Source: Akkermansiaceae bacterium (GTDB lineage: Bacteria; Verrucomicrobiota; Verrucomicrobiia; Verrucomicrobiales; Akkermansiaceae). Taken from it: 29,256 nt of DNA. Each line of letters starts with the position of its first letter. Positions within the stretch are counted from its first letter, which is position 1. Shown here piece after piece: positions 16,192 to 25,389 of this stretch. The position numbers were made by a program, and so were the translations under genes. The stretch covers positions 1 to 29,256 of the forward strand of contig JBPOGF010000032.1 in assembly GCA_051251915.1 (NCBI GenBank). Direction: 5' to 3'. The notes under the pieces were generated by a model. It was not told the origin of the DNA and did not search any database. It saw only the letters and a list, made by a program, of their open reading frames with translations.

Positions 16192-18687
16192 ATGTCCGAA
16201 TCTACTTCAACGCAAGAATTACCTCAATCGATGTCTAAAGAATACCACCGTGATCCAGAGTTGCTTTCACCGGCAGGGAACTGGGATTGTGCGAAGGCGG
16301 CTGTGGTGAATGGGGCGGATGCTATCTTCTTTGGGTTGAGTAAGTTTAATGCGCGGTTGCGGGCGGATAATTTTACGGAGGAGGATTTACCGGAGTTGAT
16401 GAAATTTCTGCATGCACATGGTGTGAGGGGGTTTGTAACGATGAATACGCTGATCTTTACGGGGGAGCTGGAGGCGGCGGAGGCTCAGTTGAGGTTGCTG
16501 GAGGAGTGTGGTGTGGATGCGATTATTGTGCAGGATTTGGGTTTGGCGAGGATAGCGCGGCATGTGGCTCCTAAGTTGGAGATTCATGCATCGACTCAGA
16601 TGACGCTGACTTCTCCTGAGGGGCTGGAGTTTATTGATTCACTTTATAAGTTGGAGCGTGCGGTTTTGGCGCGTGAGTTATCGGTGGAGGAGATAGGGAA
16701 ATTTAATCCAAAGGAGTGTGTTCCTTTGGAGGTGTTTGTGCATGGGGCTCTTTGTGTGGCTTATTCTGGTCAGTGTTTGACGAGTGAGTCATTGGGTAAG
16801 CGTTCTGCGAACCGTGGTGAGTGTGCGCAGGCTTGTAGGATGCCTTATGAGTTGGTGGTGGATGGTGAGACGAAGGAGATGGAGGAGGTGAGGTATTTGT
16901 TGAGTCCGCAGGATCTGGCTGCGGTGGATGTGATTCCGCAGTTGGTGGCGCAGGGGGTGGTGTCATTTAAGATAGAGGGGCGCTTGAAGAATCCGGAGTA
17001 TGTGGCTGCGGTGACGAAGGTATATAGGAAGGCTATAGATGATGCTGTGGCGAAGCGGGACTCGACGGTGACTGATAGGGATAGGTATGCGTTGGAGATG
17101 ACGTTCTCGCGTGGGCTTTCTACGGGATGGCTGGAGGGGACGAATCATCCGTATTTGACGCATGGTAAATTTGGCAAGAAGCGTGGAGCGTTTGTGGGAG
17201 AGATTACTCAGGTGGGTAGGGGGTATGTGCAGGTGAAGTGGACAGGGAATACGGATTTGAAATCTGGAGATGGGATAGTGTTTGATGCGGGTGAGGATAG
17301 GAATGAGGAGCAGGGGGGGAGAATTTTCCGTGTGGATGGTGATAAGGTGAAGTTTCATGAGAAGCATTCCAATGTGGACTGGACTCGTGTGCGTGTGGGG
17401 CAGGGGATCTGGAAGACGGATGATCCGAAGTTGAATTCTGAGGTGAAGGCTCTGTGGAAGAATGTGAAGCCTGAGTTGAAGAAGGAGAAGATAAAGATTC
17501 TGGTGAGTGGTGCTGTGGGGGAGCCTATGGTGCTGGCTTGTGATGGTGTTTCTGTTGTGTCTGATGAGGTGTTAGAGCAGGCGCAGAATAGGCCGGTGAA
17601 TACGGAGTTGTTAGAGAAGCAGTTGTCACGTCTAGGTGAGACTGAGTATGCTCTGGGGAGGGTGGAGAATAATTTGGTAGGTGAGGTGATGATGCCGGTG
17701 TCGGCGTTGAATCGTTTGCGTAGGGGCTTGGTGGCGAAGCTAGATGAGCGACCTAAGATTACGGAGGTGTATGAGCGTTCTGAGAATAAGCTTAGTGAGC
17801 TGTATCCGGTGATGGGTGAGGAGCAGGAGGTGGTGAATGAGTTGAGTATTTTGACACGTCATCCGCATCAGGTGGAGGCGGCATTGGAGGCTGGGATAAA
17901 GCGGATTTATGCGGATTATGAGGATATCCGTAGGTATAAGGATGCGGTGAAGATAGTGAGGGATTCTGGATTAGATGCTACGATACATTTGGCGACACCG
18001 AGGATTCAGAAGCCTAGTGAGACTGGTTATTTTAAGTTTATTGATAAGGCTGAGGCGGACGGAGTGTTGATTCGGAACTTGGGGGCGATTGAGTATTTCA
18101 AGGATAGGGAGGGGTTCTATAGGACGGGAGATTTCTCGCTGAATTGTGCGAATCCTCTTACTGCGCGGATTCTTAAGGAGCAGGGGAATTTAGATCATCT
18201 GACTATTTCTTATGATTTGAATATTAGCCAGGTGAAGCAGATGCTTTATAAGTCACCTGAGAACTGGTATGAGTTGACGATTCATCAGCATATGCCGATG
18301 TTTCATATGGAGCACTGTGTGTTCTGCACGTTTATGAGTGAAGGGACGACTTATAAGGACTGTGGAAGGCCTTGTGAGAAGCATAAGGTCCAGCTTAGAG
18401 ATAGGGTGGGGCAGCTGCATACGTTGATGGCGGATGTGGGATGCAGGAATACGTTATTTAACGGGAGAGCTCAGACTGGGGCGAGATTTTATGATGAGCT
18501 GGCTAAGGCTGGGCTTGGGAAGTATAGGATTGATTTGCTGAATGAGGCGAAGGATGAGGCGTTGATGACGATTCAGGCGTATCAGCAGCTCATTGATGGG
18601 AGGTCTGATGGTCATATGTTGTGGCAGGATCTGGACGTGATGGAGAAGCTTGGTGTGACTGAGGGGACATTTAGCGAGAGCTTCTAG
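16192..18687 (+). CDS. Peptidase U32 family protein, long form with DUF3656-like region (RlhA-like RNA hydroxylase)
   Basis: PELLSPAG, HASTQM, LARELS, the Fe-S motif HGALCVAYSGQC...SANRGECAQACR, KIEGRLK, and a C-terminal Cys cluster (HCVFC...CGRPC...GCRN). Confidence 0.88.
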   Translation: MSESTSTQELPQSMSKEYHRDPELLSPAGNWDCAKAAVVNGADAIFFGLSKFNARLRADNFTEEDLPELMKFLHAHGVRGFVTMNTLIFTGELEAAEAQLRLLEECGVDAIIVQDLGLARIARHVAPKLEIHASTQMTLTSPEGLEFIDSLYKLERAVLARELSVEEIGKFNPKECVPLEVFVHGALCVAYSGQCLTSESLGKRSANRGECAQACRMPYELVVDGETKEMEEVRYLLSPQDLAAVDVIPQLVAQGVVSFKIEGRLKNPEYVAAVTKVYRKAIDDAVAKRDSTVTDRDRYALEMTFSRGLSTGWLEGTNHPYLTHGKFGKKRGAFVGEITQVGRGYVQVKWTGNTDLKSGDGIVFDAGEDRNEEQGGRIFRVDGDKVKFHEKHSNVDWTRVRVGQGIWKTDDPKLNSEVKALWKNVKPELKKEKIKILVSGAVGEPMVLACDGVSVVSDEVLEQAQNRPVNTELLEKQLSRLGETEYALGRVENNLVGEVMMPVSALNRLRRGLVAKLDERPKITEVYERSENKLSELYPVMGEEQEVVNELSILTRHPHQVEAALEAGIKRIYADYEDIRRYKDAVKIVRDSGLDATIHLATPRIQKPSETGYFKFIDKAEADGVLIRNLGAIEYFKDREGFYRTGDFSLNCANPLTARILKEQGNLDHLTISYDLNISQVKQMLYKSPENWYELTIHQHMPMFHMEHCVFCTFMSEGTTYKDCGRPCEKHKVQLRDRVGQLHTLMADVGCRNTLFNGRAQTGARFYDELAKAGLGKYRIDLLNEAKDEALMTIQAYQQLIDGRSDGHMLWQDLDVMEKLGVTEGTFSESF

Positions 18688-18753
18688 GTTTTAGTCTCTG
18701 CTTTCTAGCTTCTAAGGAGGAGCTAGGAAGTGGGGGAGTAGATATTTGAGAAC

Positions 18754-18787
18754 AAAAAAGCCATCTTGCTGAGCAAGATGGCTTTTA
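18754..18787. terminator. Bidirectional intrinsic terminator
   Basis: AAAAGCCATCTTGC-TGA-GCAAGATGGCTTTT between the convergent U32 and L31 genes. Confidence 0.85.
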
Positions 18788-18853
18788 TTATTAAAGTGAT
18801 TCTTTCGAATGGTAGTGGGCTTCTTTGTGGGAAGCCTAACCAAGCCAGTGTCG

Positions 18854-19126
18854 CTATTCTGCGAGTGATGGCTTCTTGGCGCGGCGAACGGCACCGAATC
18901 TCTTTGTGAACTTGTCGATACGACCTTCAGTATCCACGAAGGTAGATTTACCTGTGTAGAAAGGGTGAGTATCTGCAGTAACACCTGCTGAGATAACGAA
19001 GTAGTCAACACCGTCAACATTTTCAGTCTTGTCTGACTTCGCTGTTGAGCGAGTGAAATAGCGCTTACCCGAAGTCATGTCTTGAAAGATGACAGGGTGG
19101 TAGTCTGGATGAATTTCTGGTTTCAT
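18854..19126 (-). CDS. rpmE2: 50S ribosomal protein L31, type B (no Zn-binding cysteines), 90 aa
   Basis: MKPEIHPDYHPVIFQD...HPFYTGK...VDTEGRIDKF, with no CxxC. Start moved to the ATG at 19126. Confidence 0.95.
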   Translation of the reverse strand: MKPEIHPDYHPVIFQDMTSGKRYFTRSTAKSDKTENVDGVDYFVISAGVTADTHPFYTGKSTFVDTEGRIDKFTKRFGAVRRAKKPSLAE

Positions 19127-19173
19127 GTTAATATAATGGTTAAAACTGCGTTTCCGACGCAGCAAGGGTGTGG

Positions 19174-19201
19174 AGATTGCAGAAAAATAGCTCGGTGTCA
19201 A
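19174..19201 (-). promoter_or_regulatory. Possible sigma70 promoter for the L31 gene
   Basis: TTGACA (19201-19196), a 16-nt spacer, then CAATCT. Confidence 0.35.
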
Positions 19202-19283
19202 GCAGATGCGCTTTAAATAGTGGATTTTCTGTAAGATACTGTCAGTTGACAATCCGCTATAGATAGGGCAATGATGAGTGATA

Positions 19284-20048
19284 ATGAACTTACTACTCGG
19301 TGTAAATATTGATCATGTAGCGACATTGCGACAAGCACGCTACGCGCTACTTCCAGACTCTCCAAATGCTGAACCATGTCCTGTAGAGGCATCTGAAGAT
19401 GCTAAGCTAGGTGGGGCAGATTCTATCACAATTCATGTGAGGGGGGATAGACGTCATATGCAGGAAGCGGATGCTTATCGGATCAAGGAGGCTACGGACT
19501 TGCCTATTAATTTAGAGATGGGGAATAGTCAGGAGATGATAGAGATAGCGCTGAAGCTGAAGCCGACATTTATTTGTTTGGTTCCTGAGACGCGTGAGGA
19601 GGTGACTACTGAGGGAGGTCTCGATGTGGCTGGGCTTTATGATGAGTTGGCGCCTACGGTGAAGACTTTGCAGGCTGCGGGGATGAAGATTAGTATGTTT
19701 GTGGATCCTGATGTTCATCAGATAGAGGCGTCGGCTAAGATAGGTGCTGAGATGGTGGAATTGCACACAGGGTGCTTTGCGAACGCGGAGAAGGGATGTG
19801 CGCGCGATGAGGAGATCGAACGGCTTAGAGTAGCTGCACAGCGCGGGTTTAAGCTAGGAGTTCAGGTTAATGCGGGACACGGCATCAACTACGAGAATAT
19901 CCGTGAGCTTTATGTAGTGCCTCATCTGAAGGAGCTGAACATTGGTCATACTATTGTGGCTCGCTCTGTGCGAGTGGGGTTCAAGCAGGCGGTGGCGGAG
20001 ATGCGCGGGCTGATGGAAGATTATACACCTGATGGGACTGCTGTATGA
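19284..20048 (+). CDS. pdxJ: Pyridoxine 5'-phosphate synthase
   Basis: LGVNIDHVATLRQAR, DRRH, NLEM, CLVPE..EEVTTEGGLDV, ELHTG, NAGHG and ELNIGH. Confidence 0.97.
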   Translation: MNLLLGVNIDHVATLRQARYALLPDSPNAEPCPVEASEDAKLGGADSITIHVRGDRRHMQEADAYRIKEATDLPINLEMGNSQEMIEIALKLKPTFICLVPETREEVTTEGGLDVAGLYDELAPTVKTLQAAGMKISMFVDPDVHQIEASAKIGAEMVELHTGCFANAEKGCARDEEIERLRVAAQRGFKLGVQVNAGHGINYENIRELYVVPHLKELNIGHTIVARSVRVGFKQAVAEMRGLMEDYTPDGTAV

Positions 20049-20431
20049 ATCTATTAGGGATTGGTATTGATGTGGTGGAGGTGGATAGGATTGGTTCATC
20101 GATGGATGAGTTTGGTGAGAAGTTTGTAAAACGTATCTTCACACAGGCTGAACAGGGCTACTGCGAGTCTCAAAAGCGTCCATCTATTCATTATGCCGCT
20201 AGGTTTGCAGCTAAAGAGGCGATAGCGAAAGCATTTGGAACAGGGATAGGGAAAGAGATTTCTTGGTTAGACATGGAGATACTTCGTCAATCGTCAGGAG
20301 AACCGACCGTTTTGATGAGCGGTGGGGGAAAAACGTATGCAGAAAAACTCAAAGTGGTGGATATCAAGATAAGTCTCACACATGCAGAGCACTATGCAGC
20401 GGCAAATGCGGTTGTTTTGATCGAAAGCTAG
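20045..20431 (+). CDS. acpS: Holo-[acyl-carrier-protein] synthase
   Basis: GIGIDVVE, AARFAAKEAIAKAFGTGIG and ISLTH. It overlaps pdxJ by ATGA. Confidence 0.96.
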   Translation: MNLLGIGIDVVEVDRIGSSMDEFGEKFVKRIFTQAEQGYCESQKRPSIHYAARFAAKEAIAKAFGTGIGKEISWLDMEILRQSSGEPTVLMSGGGKTYAEKLKVVDIKISLTHAEHYAAANAVVLIES

Positions 20432-20550
20432 GTTGAGAGTGAAAAAAATTAAAGAAACTAGCCTTTTTATCTTGCACTTTCTGTAGATTCTGACACTTTC
20501 CCGCCGTCGCGAGAGGTTCTCCACTGAGAGCCACACAACGACAAAGCAAC

Positions 20551-20625
20551 TCCGGCATAGCTCAGCGGTAGAGCGGGTGACTGTTAATCACTAGGTCCAA
20601 GGTTCGAATCCTTGTGCCGGAGCCA
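20551..20625 (+). tRNA. tRNA-Asn (GTT)
   Basis: Acceptor stem TCCGGCA/TGCCGGA, D arm GCTC..GAGC, anticodon arm GGTGA-CTGTTAA-TCACT, T loop GGTTCGAATCC, and encoded CCA. Confidence 0.97.
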
Positions 20626-20628
20626 TTT

Positions 20629-20668
20629 GAAAGCCTCGGAACTTCTTGTTCTGAGGCTTTCGCCTTTT
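20629..20668 (+). terminator. Terminator downstream of tRNA-Asn
   Basis: GAAAGCCTCGGAAC...GTTCTGAGGCTTTC followed by a T-run. Confidence 0.7.
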
Positions 20669-20705
20669 TAAGGCTTACCTGTTCGGTGTCTTCGACTACG
20701 CCCAC

Positions 20706-20741
20706 AAAAAACGGGCTATCTCTGTAGAGAAAGCCCGTTTT
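20706..20741. terminator. Bidirectional terminator at the 3' end of the H1-like gene
   Basis: AAAACGGGCT-ATCTC..GAGAA-AGCCCGTTTT. Confidence 0.75.
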
Positions 20742-20773
20742 GGTGTTACTTAGATGATGTGATTATAGGATGC

Positions 20774-21145
20774 TTAAGCATTGTGAAGCTTTGCCTCAGC
20801 GGCAAGCCAGTCACTTACTTCATCACCACCGATGCCGTTTTCAGCACGGTTAATGAAGATGAGGTATGCAGCGTGACAAAGCTCTTCGTAGGTAGCTACT
20901 TTTGTAGTGTCCTTCAGAGACGTCGCTTTCTTGGTAGCTTTTTTTGCTCCCTTTTTAGCAGCTTTCTTAGCTCCCTTAGATGCTACTTTCTTAGTGGCTT
21001 TTTTGGCCACTTTAGTCGTAGTTTTTTTAGCTGCTTTTTTAGCTGTCTTCTTAGCCGCTTTTTTAGCTACCTTTTTTTTGGTATCCTTTTGCGCGGTTTT
21101 CTTCACAGCCTTCTTAGCGGCCTTTTTGATTATTTTTTTAGCCAT
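20774..21145 (-). CDS. Lys/Ala-rich histone H1-like protein with a C-terminal DUF2934-like domain
   Basis: About 75 aa of KKAA/KKTA/KKVA repeats, then YEELCHAAYLIF..R...G.GGDEVSDWLAAEAKL. Confidence 0.8.
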   Translation of the reverse strand: MAKKIIKKAAKKAVKKTAQKDTKKKVAKKAAKKTAKKAAKKTTTKVAKKATKKVASKGAKKAAKKGAKKATKKATSLKDTTKVATYEELCHAAYLIFINRAENGIGGDEVSDWLAAEAKLHNA

Positions 21146-21268
21146 TATGATGTGTTTATTTATAGGGTAACAATGAAGTTACTCTACTTGCAAATGAGTA
21201 GGCATATTAGATTTGTTATGTCAAGAAAAGTAACGCGTTATGGTATGTAATCTAAGTAGTTAGATTGG

Positions 21269-22585
21269 TTATTTTCTACGCTTTGATCTGCCTCCGTTTG
21301 GCTTTTTTTTGCTTCCGCCTGGACGTTTTGCTTGTGCGTTGTTTTTACGGTTTGCGAATTTGTTTTGGTATTCACCAGTTCTACCGGATTTTTTGGCAGC
21401 TACTGGGGTGTTTTTCCGGTCGTCTTTGCTTGGTTCAGGCGCGGTTAGATCATATTTGAAGCCTTCAGCTTGCTTTTTGGGGAGAGTTTTCTGGATGAGT
21501 TTTTCTACTTTCTTGAGTGCTTGCTGATTAGCTTTGGTGACAAAGGTGATGGCTACTCCTTTTGATTGCGCTCTACCTGTTCTGCCGATGCGGTGGATGT
21601 AGTCTTCTGATTGCTCTGGGAAGTCATAGTTGATGACGTGAGTGACGCCGTCAACATCGATTCCGCGTGCTGCTACATCGGTGCCGACTAGTACGCGGAC
21701 TTTACCTTTCTTAAATTCATCGAGGGCGCGTTTACGCTGGCCTTGTGAACGGTCACCGTGGATGGCCTCTGCTGTGATGCCTTCCATTTTTAGAGCGGTA
21801 GTTAGTTCCTCAGCTCCGAGCTTGGTTCTGGCGAATACCATGACGGCATAAAACTCGTGTGAGCTGTTGAGTAGGTGTTCTAACAGTTCTGTTTTCTGGT
21901 GCTCTTGAACTTCATAGATGATTTGTTCAATGGTTTCAGCTGGGCTAGCTCTGCGCTCAACTTCGATCAAGGTGGGTGAGTTTAAAAATTCTTTAGTGAG
22001 GGACTCGATCTGTCGATTTAGTGTGGCGGAGAAGAGTAGTGTTTGTTTGCTCTTAGGGAGTTTTTTGACGATGGTGCGGATGTCTGGGATGAATCCCATG
22101 TCGAGCATTCGGTCGGCTTCATCTAGAACAAGTGCTTCTATTTGGTGGAAGTTGCCGTGTCCTTTGTCGACTAGGTCTAGGAGTCTTCCTGGAGTTGCTA
22201 CGAGGATATCTACGCCCGATTCTAGTTTTGCGATTTGGCCTTTATCTCCGATTCCTCCGTAGATGACGCCAGTTCTTAGATTGGTGTATTTAGCATATCC
22301 TCTAACATTTTCATGGATTTGCTGAACGAGTTCTCTAGTGGGTGCGATGATGAGCACTCGGGTGTGGCGTGCGGCTTTGGCCTCGGTCTTGTCTACAAGT
22401 CTAGAGAGTAACGGAAGGGTGAAGGCGGCGGTTTTACCTGTTCCTGTCTGGGCTATGCCGATGACATCAGCGCCTTTGGCAACTTTAGGAATAGCTTTGA
22501 TTTGGATGGGGGTGGCTTTGGTGTAGCCGGAGTCTGTGACTGCTTTAAGGATGCGCTCGTGGAGCGGAAGTTGATTGAAATTCAT
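21269..22585 (-). CDS. DEAD-box RNA helicase (RhlE-like)
   Basis: Q motif TPIQ, AQTGTGKT, PTREL, TPGRL, DEAD, SAT, ARGID, HRIGRTGR and a basic C-terminal tail. Confidence 0.95.
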   Translation of the reverse strand: MNFNQLPLHERILKAVTDSGYTKATPIQIKAIPKVAKGADVIGIAQTGTGKTAAFTLPLLSRLVDKTEAKAARHTRVLIIAPTRELVQQIHENVRGYAKYTNLRTGVIYGGIGDKGQIAKLESGVDILVATPGRLLDLVDKGHGNFHQIEALVLDEADRMLDMGFIPDIRTIVKKLPKSKQTLLFSATLNRQIESLTKEFLNSPTLIEVERRASPAETIEQIIYEVQEHQKTELLEHLLNSSHEFYAVMVFARTKLGAEELTTALKMEGITAEAIHGDRSQGQRKRALDEFKKGKVRVLVGTDVAARGIDVDGVTHVINYDFPEQSEDYIHRIGRTGRAQSKGVAITFVTKANQQALKKVEKLIQKTLPKKQAEGFKYDLTAPEPSKDDRKNTPVAAKKSGRTGEYQNKFANRKNNAQAKRPGGSKKKPNGGRSKRRK

Positions 22586-23433
22586 GATAGTGTGAGGTGG
22601 CTGAGTGAGGCACTAGCCTGGAGGCTAGGGCAGAGTTTAGGAAAAATGTTTTCTAACAGATCGAGTGATCCTGTGGTTTGTATGTTGATTTTAGCTGGTC
22701 TGTTAGATGATGAGATTGTTTTTTCAGAAAGTAATGAGAGGGTGCGTTTGGCGACGGCGGCACCTGTGTCGATGAGTGTGATGTGGGCGCCGACTAGTGA
22801 CTGGATGGCTTGTCTTAGGAAGGGGTAGTGTGTGCAGCCTAATACGAGTGTGTCTGCTCCATCAGTTATCATTGGCTGGGTGTATTCGCTAATAGCTGCA
22901 TTTATTTCATCACCTGTTAGAATTCCGCTTTCTACTAGCTCAACAAACCTTGGGCAAGGTTGGGTGATCACTTTGATCTTACTTGGTGGAGCGTGAGTGT
23001 GGATGAGGTGGTGAAATTTTTCGCCTGCGATGGATGCCTCAGTGGCGAGGATACCGATAATGTTAGAGTGTGTGGCTTGAGCTGCGGGTTTAACGGCAGG
23101 TTCCATTCCTACGAACGGGATGTTGAATTGTTTTCTAACAGATTCTACGGCGTGTATGGTTGCTGAGTTACATGCTATGACGATGATGTCTGCTCCGCGA
23201 TTGATTAATTGCTTAGCTAGTTTGGTGACTCGGTGTTGAATCTGGTCAGGAGATTTAGTTCCGTAGGGGCACCAACTAGAGTCGCCTATGTAGTCAATGT
23301 CTGCATGGGGTAGTAGTTTAATAATCTCTAACAGAACGGATAGCCCACCGACACCAGAATCAAGAATTCCGATTTTAGTAGGTTGAGGTTCATTTTCTAG
23401 TTCATTAGCTAGTGCTGGAGATTCAGAGGTCAC
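22582..23433 (-). CDS. murI: Glutamate racemase
   Basis: DSGVGGLSV, PYGTKS, ACNSAT and LGCTHYP (both catalytic Cys). GTG start, and an ATGA overlap with the helicase. Confidence 0.95.
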   Translation of the reverse strand: MTSESPALANELENEPQPTKIGILDSGVGGLSVLLEIIKLLPHADIDYIGDSSWCPYGTKSPDQIQHRVTKLAKQLINRGADIIVIACNSATIHAVESVRKQFNIPFVGMEPAVKPAAQATHSNIIGILATEASIAGEKFHHLIHTHAPPSKIKVITQPCPRFVELVESGILTGDEINAAISEYTQPMITDGADTLVLGCTHYPFLRQAIQSLVGAHITLIDTGAAVAKRTLSLLSEKTISSSNRPAKINIQTTGSLDLLENIFPKLCPSLQASASLSHLTLS

Positions 23434-23463
23434 AGGTTATGGTGAGAGTTCTGGGAGGTGTGT

Positions 23464-23500
23464 AAAAAAATTTACTCTAACTACGAGAGCTAGAGTAAAA
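23464..23500 (-). terminator. Probable terminator downstream of the bactofilin gene
   Basis: Minus strand reads UUUACUCUAGCU-CUCGU-AGUUAGAGUAAA followed by a U7 tract. Confidence 0.55.
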
Positions 23501-23649
23501 ATGGTTCTTAATTGAGTGTGTTGGATAAGATAGATCTTAGATTTAGTAACTCTCGATCTAGATCTCGATGAGGTTTCAAAATTTTAGTCCGAGTTGGACG
23601 TCGTTAAGATCTGGTTTATCTGCTAGGTTATGCCCAGCTTCTTTTTTGC

Positions 23650-24255
23650 TTAAGAAGCTGCTGCTAGCTTTCCCTTTTTGATAGCGTTGTTGCTTTGGCT
23701 ATCAGTCTTAGCTGACTTGCTAGAAGCGGCTACTTGAGTGGAAGGGGCTCCAACTGTAGACTTACCTACGAAGATAGCGCCTGCTTCGATAGAGACTGTA
23801 GCAGCTTTGATGTCGCCGATGAGTTCTGCATTAGCTTTTAGCTCAACACGGTCAGTTACTGTGATGTTGCCGTGGACTTTACCGTAAACTACAACTGAAC
23901 GGGTGTGGATTTCAGCTTTGATGCGTGCGTTCTCTCCAACTGTGAGTGAGCCGTCTGAGTAGATCTCACCTTCGATGAGGCCGTCTACTACTAGGTCGTT
24001 AGTGAATTTCACTTTCCCTTTGATTTCAACGTCAGAGCTGAGGACGTTTCTGCCATTAGTCGCTGCTACTGTAGAAGTTGGTGCTGATGGTTGGCTTTGA
24101 GTTGATTGTGGTGCTGAAGATTGTTGCTGGGGTGCTGAAGGTTGAGATGGCTTTGCTGATTCTGATTTCTGAGCTGAAGCATCTGAAGTTGGAGCGGATG
24201 AAGTTGATTTTGTTTCTTCTTCGTTGTTGCTGATATATTTTTTGAATACTGACAC
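23650..24255 (-). CDS. Bactofilin (polymer-forming cytoskeletal protein) with a Ser/Gln/Pro-rich disordered N-terminus
   Basis: Beta-helix repeats EIKGKV..LVVDGLIEGEI..LTVGENARIKAEI..VVVYGKVHGNI..IGDI..IEAGAIFVG. Confidence 0.92.
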   Translation of the reverse strand: MSVFKKYISNNEEETKSTSSAPTSDASAQKSESAKPSQPSAPQQQSSAPQSTQSQPSAPTSTVAATNGRNVLSSDVEIKGKVKFTNDLVVDGLIEGEIYSDGSLTVGENARIKAEIHTRSVVVYGKVHGNITVTDRVELKANAELIGDIKAATVSIEAGAIFVGKSTVGAPSTQVAASSKSAKTDSQSNNAIKKGKLAAAS

Positions 24256-24463
24256 TATATTTATCGGTTAGAGTTTAGAATGTTGATTATGTTAATTTTA
24301 GATTATTTGGTAAAATGTACTTCTTTTATTACAGGACTAGATTTTTTTTGCATGCGCTGTCCTATCCCTACTAACTACTATATACGGCGGGACTTGTGAA
24401 CAACTTTCTTAAAAAAAATTATTTAATTTAAGTTAATTTTTGTCTGATCTAGATTTTTTGATG

Positions 24464-25249
24464 TTACTCGGATACTTCTTCGGAAGTTGGGGCAGGGAGA
24501 GGAGTTGGCACTGGTGCTGTATTAGGAGCAGGTGTGATCTCAGGAGTCATGGATGGCTCTAGCTCGAATGAGCGAGCTGGTGTGATGGCTTCTTCAGGTG
24601 AGAGAGGGGTAGGAGCAGGTGCTTTTTTCACGAGTTCTGGCTCTTGGGCCTTGAGGTAGAGGAGTCTTTCAGCGGCTACTTGTGAGAAGTGTGTCTGGCT
24701 GTCTTTGATCTCTGTGTAGATTTGTTCTGCTTTATCTAGCTCATTGTTTGAGGCTGCGATATCTGCGATAGCGATTTTTGCACGAGGAGCAAGGAATGCT
24801 GATTTGTCATTGGAGATGAGTTTGTTGAGTGTGTCTGACGCGTCGTTGTTATTTCCTGAGTTCATCTGGATGAGTGCTAGCTCGAGAAGCTTGGCTGGGA
24901 CTCCTGGATGGTCTGGGTAGTTGTCGATAAAGTGGTTGAGGGCGGCAGTTCTGTCGTCATCTGTGGTTCTGAGCTGCGCGATGGCCATGGCGGCAGTTCC
25001 TGCTGCTGGGCTGCTAGAGTAGTCTGTGATGATTTTGTTTAGAGCTTCTTCATCAGTGGCTTGCATGAATGCTGCGCCAGCTTCTGTGGCGTTCTTTTTC
25101 TCTAGGCCGGTGATGAATACATAGGCGAGTACTCCGAGGAAAATGAGGATGGCGAGAATGATGAGTTTCTTTTGGTTTTTATCCAGAAATTCTTCAAATT
25201 TTGATGGGCCGTGTTCGAGTTCTGCGATTGGTATAGGTGAATCTTCCAT
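24464..25249 (-). CDS. Membrane-anchored TPR protein (YfgM-like) with a Pro-rich tail
   Basis: A single TM helix after FLDKNQKK, helical TPR-like repeats (FIDNYPDHP...LLELALIQ), and a PAPTP-rich C-terminus. Confidence 0.7.
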   Translation of the reverse strand: MEDSPIPIAELEHGPSKFEEFLDKNQKKLIILAILIFLGVLAYVFITGLEKKNATEAGAAFMQATDEEALNKIITDYSSSPAAGTAAMAIAQLRTTDDDRTAALNHFIDNYPDHPGVPAKLLELALIQMNSGNNNDASDTLNKLISNDKSAFLAPRAKIAIADIAASNNELDKAEQIYTEIKDSQTHFSQVAAERLLYLKAQEPELVKKAPAPTPLSPEEAITPARSFELEPSMTPEITPAPNTAPVPTPLPAPTSEEVSE

Positions 25250-25389
25250 AATTGTGTGTGGGAAATATCCTTGAACGCTGGGGTTGGCAAGTAAATTTAG
25301 ATCAGGTGTGTCATTATTTAAGGGGCTGTTTTCCGTTTAAAATGAAGAATTATCTCGTCTGTTTGGTGAAAATTGTCCAAGGAATAGTC

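Noticed and set aside
20551..20760. Genomic island integrated at tRNA-Asn
   Set aside because: No integrase and no duplicated tRNA 3' end were seen, and the downstream genes are housekeeping.
20759..21250. Hydrophobic plus-strand ORFs (20759-21250, 20907-21170) resembling membrane proteins
   Set aside because: They are antisense mirrors of the Lys/Ala codon repeats of the H1-like gene.
23525..23615. Cluster of AGATCT/GATC palindromes between murI and bactofilin
   Set aside because: They are short, irregularly spaced and lie downstream of a gene. I cannot support a function.
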